A stretch of 64,000 nt of DNA, taken from positions 1 to 64,000 of IMG/VR virus record IMGVR_UViG_3300029305_003178; one strand, written 5' to 3'. Positions 19,779-29,139 of the stretch are shown piece by piece; position 1 is the stretch's first letter, and each line of letters opens with the position of its first letter. The notes beneath the pieces are model-generated. The model made no database searches, was not told the origin of the DNA, and saw nothing but the letters and a program-made list of their open reading frames with translations. Made by a program: the position numbers and the translations under genes. The DNA is from a virus (taxonomy: Duplodnaviria; Caudoviricetes).

Positions 19779-20870
19779 ATGAGTGCTAAAATTATTTCTG
19801 CGTTTCCCGCTTGCGGTAAAACCACATTTTTCAATAAATGTAAAGAAGCTGAAGAACTTTGTTATGTGGTTGATAAATTTAACGTTCTAGATTCCGATTC
19901 TAGTTTATTTAGCTGGATTTATGATGAGAATGGAAATAAAACCAATGTAAGAAATCCAGAATTTCCTAATAACTACATCAACCACATCAAAGAAAATATG
20001 GAAACTGCAGATATTATTTTTGTATCTACTCATAAAGCAGTTAGGGATGCTTTAAGAGAAGAAGGTATTAAATATTATCTCGTTTATCCTGATATTGACC
20101 TGAAACAAGAATGGATTAATCGTTTTGTTAAACGTGGAAATACTTTTGATTTTATCAAACTACAGACAGAAAACTGGGAAAAATTCATCGGTGAATTAGA
20201 AGAAGAAACATTCCCAAATAAGATTATTTTGAAAACCAATGAGGGGATTATTGATAATAGATTAATTACATCTATTATGAATGGGGTTCATGATAATTGT
20301 ACATCAATAATTTTTCCTGAATCAATTATTGGTGATATGCTCAAACAGAATAACATTGTAAAAGGTATGTCCGATGCTAATAAGATTAGAATGATGACAG
20401 GTTCTATCTGGCTAATGAATAATATTTTGATTAATCAGAAAGTTACAGATATTGAAAAGATGTCTGTATTTAATGAGGAAACTCTTTATCCAGATAAATA
20501 CGATAATGATATTGCAAAATATATGTGTCAAGTTTATAGCGATATGAGTAACTTTGTAGATATTTCTAATATGTCAAAAGATGACGCCGATGATTTCAGA
20601 TTCATGACATGGTCTGATGAAGAAAATGCACAAGAAGAATTGACAGCTATTGAAAATGAAAATTATACAGAAGAAGAAAAAGCCAGAAGAAAAGAATTAA
20701 TTATGAATCAGATTAATCTGAAGTTAATTCCATATTACATGATTCCATTACTGAAACCTGGTATGGAATTAATTAATATCTTTGGTGAAAAGATTATCTA
20801 TAATGGTATCGAATCTATTGATACTGATACTAGATTTGGATGTCTTCGTTATGGTATTAAAGTAAAATAA
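19779..20870 (+). CDS. P-loop kinase-like protein fused to a second phage domain
   Basis: Start moved to ATG after GAGGAGG; IISAFPACGKTT Walker A, LDSDSS; C-terminal IDTDTRFGCLRYGI domain. Confidence 0.75.
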   Translation: MSAKIISAFPACGKTTFFNKCKEAEELCYVVDKFNVLDSDSSLFSWIYDENGNKTNVRNPEFPNNYINHIKENMETADIIFVSTHKAVRDALREEGIKYYLVYPDIDLKQEWINRFVKRGNTFDFIKLQTENWEKFIGELEEETFPNKIILKTNEGIIDNRLITSIMNGVHDNCTSIIFPESIIGDMLKQNNIVKGMSDANKIRMMTGSIWLMNNILINQKVTDIEKMSVFNEETLYPDKYDNDIAKYMCQVYSDMSNFVDISNMSKDDADDFRFMTWSDEENAQEELTAIENENYTEEEKARRKELIMNQINLKLIPYYMIPLLKPGMELINIFGEKIIYNGIESIDTDTRFGCLRYGIKVK

Positions 20871-20877
20871 TTATATA

Positions 20878-20910
20878 GTCAAAGAGATAGGATTTAACTA
20901 TCTCTTTGAC
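20878..20910 (+). terminator. Hairpin terminator
   Basis: GTCAAAGAGATAG-GATTTAA-CTATCTCTTTGAC. Confidence 0.75.
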
Positions 20911-20946
20911 ATATATTTAATTATTTTGAAATAGAGGTGAATTATT

Positions 20947-21444
20947 ATAGAAGTATATGTAAAAGCAGTTTTAATTGGATTTTTTACTGTAATAACACTA
21001 TTATTTATTACATATCGTATACATAAACAGTATGAAATCCAACATGAAATGTATGAACGAGGAATTATAAAACAAGAAGAAGATAATCTAGCTAAGTTAG
21101 CTCTTACTGCAGATATTGGTACAGAAAATGACTTGAAACCAATAGCTGCTTTATTGATGTTAAAAATAAATCAATTAACTACTTATACTATGCGAGATTA
21201 TGACCTTAAATCGAATGCGTATAGAAGTATAACTCCAGTTACTAAATGTGTGGATATTGTTATTGACGAATTACTAGAGTACATACGAGAAAACGAAGAT
21301 AAGTATAAATCAGTGAATTGTGATACTATAAGTGAGCAGTATAGATTAATGAGAGAAATTTTCATTAAAAATTACGGTTATTTATACAAGTATATTTTGG
21401 ATTCTTGTATCAATAAAAGAGACGATTGTTGGTTTGATATATAA
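20947..21444 (+). CDS. Membrane-anchored hypothetical protein (probable ATA start; ORF track starts at 21049)
   Basis: GAGGTGAATTATT-ATA mirrors GGGGTGAATTATT-ATG of the next gene; in-frame hydrophobic N-terminus. Confidence 0.6.
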   Translation: MEVYVKAVLIGFFTVITLLFITYRIHKQYEIQHEMYERGIIKQEEDNLAKLALTADIGTENDLKPIAALLMLKINQLTTYTMRDYDLKSNAYRSITPVTKCVDIVIDELLEYIRENEDKYKSVNCDTISEQYRLMREIFIKNYGYLYKYILDSCINKRDDCWFDI

Positions 21445-21457
21445 GGGGTGAATTATT

Positions 21458-22477
21458 ATGGCAATTAGTATAGTTAATAATGTAATTACAACTGATAAAT
21501 TCTCTGAATTAGAGAATAAAATAAATAATTTGTATAATCCAGTTCTGTTAACTGCTTTACGTAAAGGGGATATTAATTTAGTAGATATTGATAAAAAATT
21601 CTGGACAGATGATATGATATTGGCATATCTTGAGCATAAACCAAGTTTCATATATGAGATTAAAGAACCTACTGAAGCCATGTATATTGCAGCAATAGAG
21701 TTTGGTAATCCTCATAGAGTTTTTGAATTTAAAAATCCGACAGAAAAGATGTATATGCATGCTGTAACTAAAGATCCAAACATTCTTAAAGACATTGAAA
21801 ACCAAACAGATAGAATCTGTTATTGTGCAATTGCTATGGATCCGGAGACTATCAAATATGTAAAAAATAAAACAGAGCATATGTGTTTAGCAGTAGTTAG
21901 ACGAGATGGTATGTTAATTAAATATATCGAAGATCCTACTGATATTGTTATTGAAGACGCTATTAAAGAAAATGGTGAAGCTATTAATGTTATTCCTAGA
22001 GAAAAATGGAATTTCAATTTATTTATAGAAGCAGTTAAAAGCAACCCATTCTCAATTAAATATTTCTATGATGCTGTGGATTGTCTTGAGAACTCTCATA
22101 TTGTTATGGACTTTTTAATTAAATCTGCAATTTATTTAAACCCATATGTTATTAATTGCAATTTCTTTGCATTACCTGAATATAGTAGATATGCTAAATG
22201 TGCTATTATGACTGATCCATTTGTATATAGAGATATGCAGACATATTTGAGAAATGAAGAAAATGATAAACTTGCTGTAAAACTTGATGCGAGATTACTC
22301 AGTGATGTGAGTAATTATACAATGGATACAATCATTGAAGCATTTAGAACCAATGGTGATATTGCATGGAACTGTTGGGCTAGACAGGCTTATCCAATTA
22401 AATTCTTTTTCGCTCATTTGTATACAAAACTTGAATGTTTACATAAGTTTACACATACTATCAACTATAAGGACTGA
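21458..22477 (+). CDS. DUF4116-like helical repeat protein
   Basis: ~24-aa repeats of type I.Y(I/V)..(P/Q)TE.(M/I)C..A(V/I)..D. Confidence 0.7.
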   Translation: MAISIVNNVITTDKFSELENKINNLYNPVLLTALRKGDINLVDIDKKFWTDDMILAYLEHKPSFIYEIKEPTEAMYIAAIEFGNPHRVFEFKNPTEKMYMHAVTKDPNILKDIENQTDRICYCAIAMDPETIKYVKNKTEHMCLAVVRRDGMLIKYIEDPTDIVIEDAIKENGEAINVIPREKWNFNLFIEAVKSNPFSIKYFYDAVDCLENSHIVMDFLIKSAIYLNPYVINCNFFALPEYSRYAKCAIMTDPFVYRDMQTYLRNEENDKLAVKLDARLLSDVSNYTMDTIIEAFRTNGDIAWNCWARQAYPIKFFFAHLYTKLECLHKFTHTINYKD

Positions 22478-22501
22478 TATATTATGAATAATAATACATA
22501 T

Positions 22502-22654
22502 ATGGTGTATATATCTACAATGATAATATCACTAGTTGCTGCTATGTGTGCAGGTTGGTTTACCAACCGAGACCATTATACAGTTAAATGGTTCGTAGCA
22601 GTTTTTGTATTTGCAGCGTGTTCTGCTATATTACGAGTAACATTTACATTTTAA
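22502..22654 (+). CDS. Small membrane protein (not in ORF track)
   Basis: MVYISTMIISLVAAMCAGWFTNRDHYTVKWFVAVFVFAACSAILRVTFTF; two hydrophobic segments. Confidence 0.55.
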   Translation: MVYISTMIISLVAAMCAGWFTNRDHYTVKWFVAVFVFAACSAILRVTFTF

Positions 22655-22673
22655 ATTATGGGGGTAAATTATT

Positions 22674-23234
22674 ATGGAAGATAAAAAATATTATGAATCT
22701 AAAATCAGAGTATTAACAATGACTAATAATTTTAAAGAATATAAATTTAAACCGGTATTAGCAATTCCGGAAAATGATATTGATGTAATGAGAGATATTG
22801 TTGATATTTGTGATGAAAATAGACAAGTTGATGCAATATTTTTCAATAAAGAACGAGACGGTATGGGTGATATCTCCGATGGTTATCATACTTTTAATGA
22901 GCTCTATCATCATAGAGCTTTGTTATTTGCAGCATATTGTAATCTTATTAAAGATAAAGATTTTGTAAAATGCTGGAAATCTAAACTCCATCATGATGGC
23001 ACTATGTATGATGGTATGTTTATTGTAGGTATTAGTACACCTATTGGGCAGGCATCTTATCATTATGATATTGAACCATATTGGGATTTATTCGATGTAG
23101 AAGAATTAGATAATGCTCCAGAATGGGATGGTCATACACCAGATGAGGCTATTGAAAGAATCTTTATGATGTCTGAATATGAAAAAGATGATGATGTTTT
23201 ATCAGATTTTTTAAAATCGGAGGTTTACTATTAA
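22674..23234 (+). CDS. WDGH-motif phage protein
   Basis: DISDGYHTFNELYHHR...KSKLHHDG...GQASYH...APEWDGHT. Confidence 0.85.
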   Translation: MEDKKYYESKIRVLTMTNNFKEYKFKPVLAIPENDIDVMRDIVDICDENRQVDAIFFNKERDGMGDISDGYHTFNELYHHRALLFAAYCNLIKDKDFVKCWKSKLHHDGTMYDGMFIVGISTPIGQASYHYDIEPYWDLFDVEELDNAPEWDGHTPDEAIERIFMMSEYEKDDDVLSDFLKSEVYY

Positions 23235-23267
23235 TAAAAACACGATAGGGAAGGGTAAAATGACGAG

Positions 23268-23549
23268 ATGAAAAAGTTAGTAGAAATGTCAAATAAATTA
23301 GTTGACTATATTATTGATATATTTGGTATCGAAGAAGACGATAGATCATCAGATATATTTCTTAAAGTTACAGTGCCGTTACTAATGTGTATATGGTTAT
23401 TCATTATAATAGTAGGTGCTATGTTAGTATTTGGTGGATATGGTTTTTCATATGGATTCACAGAATTCTTAGAAAGAGCTATAACAATATCATTTATTCT
23501 AATAATGATTTGTGGTATTGTAATTGTTGTTACAGATAGAGAAGAATAA
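23268..23549 (+). CDS. Membrane protein
   Basis: Two hydrophobic helices. Confidence 0.75.
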   Translation: MKKLVEMSNKLVDYIIDIFGIEEDDRSSDIFLKVTVPLLMCIWLFIIIVGAMLVFGGYGFSYGFTEFLERAITISFILIMICGIVIVVTDREE

Positions 23550-23567
23550 ACTTGGAGGTATTTAATT

Positions 23568-24065
23568 ATGTATAATATGGTTATATATAAATCCATTGAT
23601 GGTGATGATTATGACGATATGAAACATGGATTAGATAGCTTAATAAATGCTAAAAACGCATTAGTGGCAATTCAAGATACTATGAGATGTCATGACATTT
23701 GTAGACAATATATTCAGACGGCTATTGATTCATTCATAGAACACGATAAAAGAAGAGAACAACCAGTATTTGTTTATCCTAAAGCTATAAGTATGATGTG
23801 TGAAGATATTGATAAATTTAAAAAGAATGAACTACAAGAAGTTAATATTGATCTTCTTAATGCTAGTATCGAAAACTATATGAAAGCAAATAAAATTCTT
23901 AAAGAGAGAATTATAGAATTGGAGACTGAAAACGAAAAATTACAAGGTAAAAATGCAACGCTTATAGCTAATAATATTAAATTACAAGACAAAGTAAAAA
24001 AGCTTGACAAACTTCAAGCAGAAACCGTTAAAGGTTTAGAAGAACTTCATAGTATGTTAAAGTAA
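23568..24065 (+). CDS. Coiled-coil hypothetical protein, family A
   Basis: LDSLINAKNAL...AISMMCEDI plus coiled tail; paralogs at 24090, 24892, 25707. Confidence 0.8.
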   Translation: MYNMVIYKSIDGDDYDDMKHGLDSLINAKNALVAIQDTMRCHDICRQYIQTAIDSFIEHDKRREQPVFVYPKAISMMCEDIDKFKKNELQEVNIDLLNASIENYMKANKILKERIIELETENEKLQGKNATLIANNIKLQDKVKKLDKLQAETVKGLEELHSMLK

Positions 24066-24089
24066 CGGTTAAGAAAGGGTTAATAAATT

Positions 24090-24542
24090 ATGATTATGCA
24101 TGATATGAATGACTATGATAAACAGTTACAAAAATTACCACCTAGACATGAAGTAATAGAGTATAAAATAGCTGAAGAAAAAACCAAGGAATTTCAAAAC
24201 TTAATAAGCTCTAATAATATCTTGTCTATGATCGAAATGAGAATGGTGGATAATCCCATCGGTCAAGAATATTTATCAAAAGCAATTGACAGTAAAATCA
24301 GAGAAGGTAATAATTGCGGATTTGTTTCACTATATGAGCATGCAATTTCTCTTATGATGGAGGATATTGCACTTTATAGTTCCGACGATATTGCTAGATC
24401 TGATAAAATATTCAGATTAGAAAATGATAATAAGCTTTTGAAAGCTGAAAATGAACGACTTAAACATGATAACGAGTATTTGAAGAAAACATGTGAGACT
24501 GTTCACAGATGTTTATATGATGTAGTTAAAGGAGATAAATGA
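24090..24542 (+). CDS. Coiled-coil hypothetical protein, family A
   Basis: LISSNNIL...NPIGQEYLSKA...AISLMMEDI. Confidence 0.8.
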   Translation: MIMHDMNDYDKQLQKLPPRHEVIEYKIAEEKTKEFQNLISSNNILSMIEMRMVDNPIGQEYLSKAIDSKIREGNNCGFVSLYEHAISLMMEDIALYSSDDIARSDKIFRLENDNKLLKAENERLKHDNEYLKKTCETVHRCLYDVVKGDK

Positions 24543-24886
24543 TTATGGAAAAATTTTCTCATTTAAAAATTCAAGAAGCAATTAAAGCTTGGGTTGATAC
24601 ATACTCTATAGAAATTAGTATGTGGGCATCTACAAATGCATTGCAAGTTACTCTTAGTGAAGAGTATTATAATTATCTTAAAGATAATGGTTATTTGTTA
24701 CATAGTGTAACATTCATGAATCGTCATAACTTAGAAATTAGTATGAATATTAAATACGTAATTCATCCAGCTTCTGCTGATGGATTTTTAATTCATCCGG
24801 TTCATGATGAATCCATTGAGCATATTACACCAAAATTCTGGTATGATGGTATTACATATGTGACTACATATAGAAGGGATGATTAA
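24539..24886 (+). CDS. Hypothetical protein
   Basis: 115-aa ORF, overlapping start. Confidence 0.7.
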   Translation: MIMEKFSHLKIQEAIKAWVDTYSIEISMWASTNALQVTLSEEYYNYLKDNGYLLHSVTFMNRHNLEISMNIKYVIHPASADGFLIHPVHDESIEHITPKFWYDGITYVTTYRRDD

Positions 24887-24891
24887 CATCT

Positions 24892-25281
24892 ATGATTAAC
24901 AGAACTAATATAACTGAAAAAGAGTTTAATGATATTAAAGATAAATTAAATTCATTAATTAGTGCTAATAATACATTACAAAGAATAGTTGATGAATTCA
25001 ATACAAATCCTATTATTAAAAGATATTTTGAAAAAGCCGAAGAAGAAGTTTTAGAATCCGGTAATCAAAGTCTATCTTCTATGATGTGTATTGCTCTTAG
25101 AGAAATGGCTTATGATATTGAAGAATATGAACGACGTGAAGAAATAACTGATACTAATGAGTACATCAGAAAATTACAAGTTGAAAATGCTCATATCAAG
25201 TATAAATATACTAATCTTAAAAATCTTACTAATAGATTATATCGTGAAATTGGTTTAAGTATTGAAAAGGATAGTGAATAA
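24892..25281 (+). CDS. Coiled-coil hypothetical protein, family A
   Basis: KLNSLISANNTL...NPIIKRYFEKA...ALREMAYDI. Confidence 0.8.
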   Translation: MINRTNITEKEFNDIKDKLNSLISANNTLQRIVDEFNTNPIIKRYFEKAEEEVLESGNQSLSSMMCIALREMAYDIEEYERREEITDTNEYIRKLQVENAHIKYKYTNLKNLTNRLYREIGLSIEKDSE

Positions 25282-25283
25282 AT

Positions 25284-25706
25284 ATGAGTAAAATTCCTAG
25301 TCCATATTTTGAAAATGTCCCTTTAGTTGGGAATTTACATATGTATTATATTATATTTGAAGATGATTATCCCGTTTTATTTATTTGCTCCGATGAAGAA
25401 TATGAATATAATTTATATATCTGCCTTTGTTGTGATGTAAGATATGAACAGAAATGGATAATTGCACCAATCAGTAGATCTAAAGTAGTTAGTTTAATTA
25501 CCGATAAAATTACTCTTTCGGACGTATTTGAAAAAGCCGAAGGTAATTGTTATATTGCTAGATGGACTCGTAATGATGGAATGTCTTACGAAGTTATTAC
25601 ATCAGATAAATTTCCTAAAGAAGATTTACCAGTAAAAGGTGAATATTTAGAAGCACATGAATATGATGTTTACAATATTGGAGAATTAGTGAAGGATGTA
25701 AATTAA
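25284..25706 (+). CDS. DUF6575-like protein
   Basis: DYPVLFIC...LYICLC...KWIIAPIS...ITLSDVF pattern. Confidence 0.6.
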   Translation: MSKIPSPYFENVPLVGNLHMYYIIFEDDYPVLFICSDEEYEYNLYICLCCDVRYEQKWIIAPISRSKVVSLITDKITLSDVFEKAEGNCYIARWTRNDGMSYEVITSDKFPKEDLPVKGEYLEAHEYDVYNIGELVKDVN

Positions 25707-26237
25707 ATGACTAAAGGGCGTATTAGCACAGAAGAGTTTTATGCGATGAAACAAAAGTTAGATACATTGATTAATGTATATGAAGCATTAAGTAAAGTTG
25801 AAGATGCTTTTGATATTAACACTATAGCTAAAGAATATTTAACTAAAGCTTTTTCTGAGACACATAAAATTGGTGATCCTAATGTGTTCGGTTATGCTAT
25901 TCTTTTAATGGCTACTGATATAAGTTGCTATAGAAATAATGGAATTAGTCCAGTCTTAACAGATATATCATGTAAATCAAATGAAGAAATTGAAGCTCTG
26001 GTTAAAGAAAATATTGAGCTTAAGAAGAAAGTAGAATCTTTTTCTGGTAAAGGTGGATATATTGAAACTGTTGAAAAGAGAATTCATGAAGTTATGGCTG
26101 AAAATAAAAGACTTAAAGTTAAACTTGAAACTGCAGGTATTAATTATCCTGAAGAATGTGATGATGGTGGTAAAATATTAAACAGATGTGATACCATCGA
26201 TGGGTGTGTTAAATTAGAGCAGGTGATTAGATTATGA
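25707..26237 (+). CDS. Coiled-coil hypothetical protein, family A
   Basis: KLDTLINVYEAL...IAKEYLTKA...AILLMATDI. Confidence 0.8.
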   Translation: MTKGRISTEEFYAMKQKLDTLINVYEALSKVEDAFDINTIAKEYLTKAFSETHKIGDPNVFGYAILLMATDISCYRNNGISPVLTDISCKSNEEIEALVKENIELKKKVESFSGKGGYIETVEKRIHEVMAENKRLKVKLETAGINYPEECDDGGKILNRCDTIDGCVKLEQVIRL

Positions 26238-26665
26238 AATTAATGTATACAAAAATACCTCTAGCAACTAGACCAGGTGTACCAAACGTAAACGGAAATA
26301 CATATTCAAAAGAAGTAATTGAGAATGCTTTAAAAGAGTTTAATGGTACTGGTCGCAAATTATATATTGAAAAGAGCTATCCGACTGATTATAGTATAAT
26401 TAATGCTACACAAGTAGACGCCATGAATTGTTGTGGTCATATTGATGCTATTAATTTGGATGACCAGATAGCTGACTGTACTGTATACTCTAATGATATG
26501 GATATTATGAAACTTATAGAAAATAAGTGTTTGGGTCTTAGATATCTGGGCGAAGTTGAGAATAATATTGTAACTAAAATGAAAATAGTTTGTTATTGCT
26601 TAATGGATAAACCAAAAGTAGAATTATCTAGCGAGTATGGTGAATTTGACAATAAAGGAGAATGA
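26234..26665 (+). CDS. Degenerate T4 gp21-type prohead-protease-like protein
   Basis: PNVNGNTYSKEVIENAL...LYIE..YP...GHI...LGLRYLG follows the gp21 motif order but lacks the catalytic His/Ser. Confidence 0.5.
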   Translation: MKLMYTKIPLATRPGVPNVNGNTYSKEVIENALKEFNGTGRKLYIEKSYPTDYSIINATQVDAMNCCGHIDAINLDDQIADCTVYSNDMDIMKLIENKCLGLRYLGEVENNIVTKMKIVCYCLMDKPKVELSSEYGEFDNKGE

Positions 26666-26669
26666 TAGT

Positions 26670-26924
26670 ATGAAAAAACTTATTTTACCAGTATTATTGG
26701 TATTAGCATTCTTTGCAGGTTCTTTTGTTCCTGAAAAAGAAACAGTTGCAGATACATTACCTACGCCGACAAGTGAAAATATGTATGAGTTTGATGATGT
26801 AGTTATTTGGGTTGATCCAGATACAAAAGTTAATTATCTTATTGCAGTTGACTATGTAGATGGTGCTCAGGCTATCACACCTAGATTAAGAGATGCTACT
26901 GGAATTATTTATGTAGGTGATTGA
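26670..26924 (+). CDS. Secreted DUF6440-like protein
   Basis: Signal peptide MKKLILPVLLVLAFFAG; VDPDTKVNYL...AITPRL. Confidence 0.7.
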   Translation: MKKLILPVLLVLAFFAGSFVPEKETVADTLPTPTSENMYEFDDVVIWVDPDTKVNYLIAVDYVDGAQAITPRLRDATGIIYVGD

Positions 26925-27138
26925 CATGATAAACACTAGTCTTATCGCCATATCTATTGCTGGCATTGTGATTATTACATGGTTAATAATAGACCCAATA
27001 ATATCATTCGGTAGTCCTATAAGTAATACAAAGAAAGAAAAAATTATTAGAATTTTTACAAAAGCCGTATTTGTTTTATTAGTTATAGAATTAATTATGT
27101 TAATATTTGAAATAATTGATTTCTTTATAACTGGATAA
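26917..27138 (+). CDS. Small membrane protein
   Basis: Two hydrophobic helices. Confidence 0.7.
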   Translation: MIDMINTSLIAISIAGIVIITWLIIDPIISFGSPISNTKKEKIIRIFTKAVFVLLVIELIMLIFEIIDFFITG

Positions 27139-27149
27139 AAGACAGAAGA

Positions 27150-27183
27150 AATAGAGTATAGGAAATTAATCCTATACTCTATT
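27150..27183. terminator. Bidirectional hairpin terminator
   Basis: AATAGAGTATAGGA-AATTAA-TCCTATACTCTATT plus T-run, between convergent blocks. Confidence 0.85.
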
Positions 27184-27276
27184 TTTTTTAGTATAATCGT
27201 GATTAAACATACCACTGTTATTTTGGAGACTATATCATAGTCTGATAAAATCTATAAATAAACACTCAATGAGTGA

Positions 27277-27582
27277 TTATTCCGCTACGATTGTTTCGTA
27301 AATATCAGCTAAAGCCATAAGCTGTGTAAGCTGTGTTTCTTCGACATTAGAAATCATTTCCACGATTTCTCTGTTTGTTGGTTCAAGAACAATTTCAGTA
27401 GTTTCTTCATTATACTCCTCTATTCTAGAAATGATTTCATTAAATTCCTCATTAGAAATTTGAGTCGCTTCTTCAATTATAATATCTGATTTAAAATAAT
27501 AATAATTGTCAAATGAGCATAAATCACTTATACGTGAAAAATCATCAATATTGGATATATCTGTAGATTTATATACAAACAT
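27277..27582 (-). CDS. Tail-fibre-associated small protein (chaperone-like)
   Basis: Acidic; C-terminal PTN....Q..LMALADIYE shared with 44767 and 45181; follows a fibre-like gene. Confidence 0.65.
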   Translation of the reverse strand: MFVYKSTDISNIDDFSRISDLCSFDNYYYFKSDIIIEEATQISNEEFNEIISRIEEYNEETTEIVLEPTNREIVEMISNVEETQLTQLMALADIYETIVAE

Positions 27583-27600
27583 TATTTATTCACCACCTTA

Positions 27601-28425
27601 TTATATACTAAATCTAGAATTTGATGCGGTTAATGTACCACAAATTGTTAACAAATTGCAATAATTTACTGCATTCGTATTACCTTGTGATACATTAATT
27701 GTAAAATATTCTACATCTGGGGTGATTGTAAAATCTGCAGTTTTTGTAACATATGTTGCACTTGGAAATTTTACATCCAAAGTCGAACTTGTTTGAGTAA
27801 CACCGTATAGACAATGATACATAGAAACACCAGTTAGTGCTGGTCTATATGATGAATTTGTTGATGAGTAATTAGCACCTCTAGCTGACATTGTTATACG
27901 TAAAGTTCCAGATACACCGCGTACATATACTTTAATATGTTCATTACCCGCTAATTGCCTTTCTGATGTTATTACATTCAGTAAAACATTTGAACTTGCT
28001 GTAGATTTACAAAATATACTACTTGTTTGAGCGGTTGGAGAATTACTAATAATATAACTTAATTTCTGAGATAATGTACCAGTACTAGAAGCTGTATTAT
28101 TAGTTGCAGTATTTGTTTTTACTGTAGCGACATCACTAGCCGCAGCAGTTGCTTTAGTTGCAGCTGTACTGGCATTAGTATTAATAGTACCAACTGTTGT
28201 ATTGATACTAGTTACAGTAGATTTAACACTATCTACATTAGTATTAACAGTTCCGACATTTGTTTTTACTGTAGCAACATCATTTTTAACACTAGTAACA
28301 TTAGTATTTACTGTACCAACATCAGTTTTCACAGATGCCACATCAGTTTTAACACTATCAACATTTGTTTTTATTTCATCCTGAGTAGCCTTACTGGGCA
28401 GATAACTCAATAAATCATTACTCAT
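27601..28425 (-). CDS. Heptad-repeat fibre/adhesin-like virion protein
   Basis: Vxx Vxxx heptads (VDSVKTD VASVKTD VGTVNTN), NNTASSTGTLSQKLS linker, variable C-terminal head. Confidence 0.7.
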   Translation of the reverse strand: MSNDLLSYLPSKATQDEIKTNVDSVKTDVASVKTDVGTVNTNVTSVKNDVATVKTNVGTVNTNVDSVKSTVTSINTTVGTINTNASTAATKATAAASDVATVKTNTATNNTASSTGTLSQKLSYIISNSPTAQTSSIFCKSTASSNVLLNVITSERQLAGNEHIKVYVRGVSGTLRITMSARGANYSSTNSSYRPALTGVSMYHCLYGVTQTSSTLDVKFPSATYVTKTADFTITPDVEYFTINVSQGNTNAVNYCNLLTICGTLTASNSRFSI

Positions 28426-28632
28426 TGTTATTTCCTCCTTTATAAAAAAGATTTTTATGGAAGGATTTTATCATATATTAAAAATGACAAATAAGTTGGA
28501 AGTAAACACAAAAATTTGATTGTGTTTACCCTCCTCCTCCCATATGTATTTCATTGTTTATACACACCAAAATCCATTGATGTGTTGAAATTTCTTATAT
28601 AATAGTTCGTCTAAATAAATTATAAAATAATG

Positions 28633-28665
28633 ATAACGGATATAGAATCAATCTATATCCGTTAT
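28633..28665 (-). terminator. Hairpin terminator
   Basis: ATAACGGATATAG-AATCAAT-CTATATCCGTTAT. Confidence 0.8.
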
Positions 28666-28699
28666 ATTTCATTACATTTATTATTATGCTGACTATTAA

Positions 28700-28915
28700 T
28701 TAAGCTTCCATAGGCTGACCGTTTTCGTCCAGACCCATTGCAGCCAGGTTTTCTCTAACTGCATCTTTCAGTTTAGCAGGAACAGAAGCAAATGTTCTTT
28801 TACCTACTACGATTAAAGTTGTGTATACGTCTACCATAACTTCTGCATCTCCTTTCAATATCATATTAAATAATACAATCGTCAGTTTAATACGACGAAT
28901 TATTTTTTTAATCAT
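28700..28915 (-). CDS. CD1375-like small phage protein (second in-frame start at 28837)
   Basis: MVDVYTTLIVVGKRTFASVPAKLKDAVRENL. Confidence 0.8.
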   Translation of the reverse strand: MIKKIIRRIKLTIVLFNMILKGDAEVMVDVYTTLIVVGKRTFASVPAKLKDAVRENLAAMGLDENGQPMEA

Positions 28916-29013
28916 AAGCCGAGCGCCTCCTTAACAGCGTCTCTATATTTAGCAGGTACCTGATCCAGTGTTTTTTTACCAGCATCTACCAGTTTGATAT
29001 ATACTTCTAACAT
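28912..29013 (-). CDS. CD1375-like small phage protein (not in ORF track)
   Basis: MLEVYIKLVDAGKKTLDQVPAKYRDAVKEALGL; AGGTG SD; late motif at 29049-29060. Confidence 0.8.
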   Translation of the reverse strand: MLEVYIKLVDAGKKTLDQVPAKYRDAVKEALGL

Positions 29014-29048
29014 ACGTTCTCACCTACTTTTATAGTTTATTTTTTTAT

Positions 29049-29095
29049 TAATATTATGTTAAAAACTAACAATAAATTTTTAAAATATATATTAT
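29049..29095. promoter_or_regulatory. Back-to-back late (-) and early (+) promoters
   Basis: AACA-TAATAT-TA on -; AATATATATTAT on + at 29084-29095. Confidence 0.65.
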
Positions 29096-29139
29096 TATAA
29101 CGAAAAAGACAATATTATATATAGGAAGGTGAATAAATT

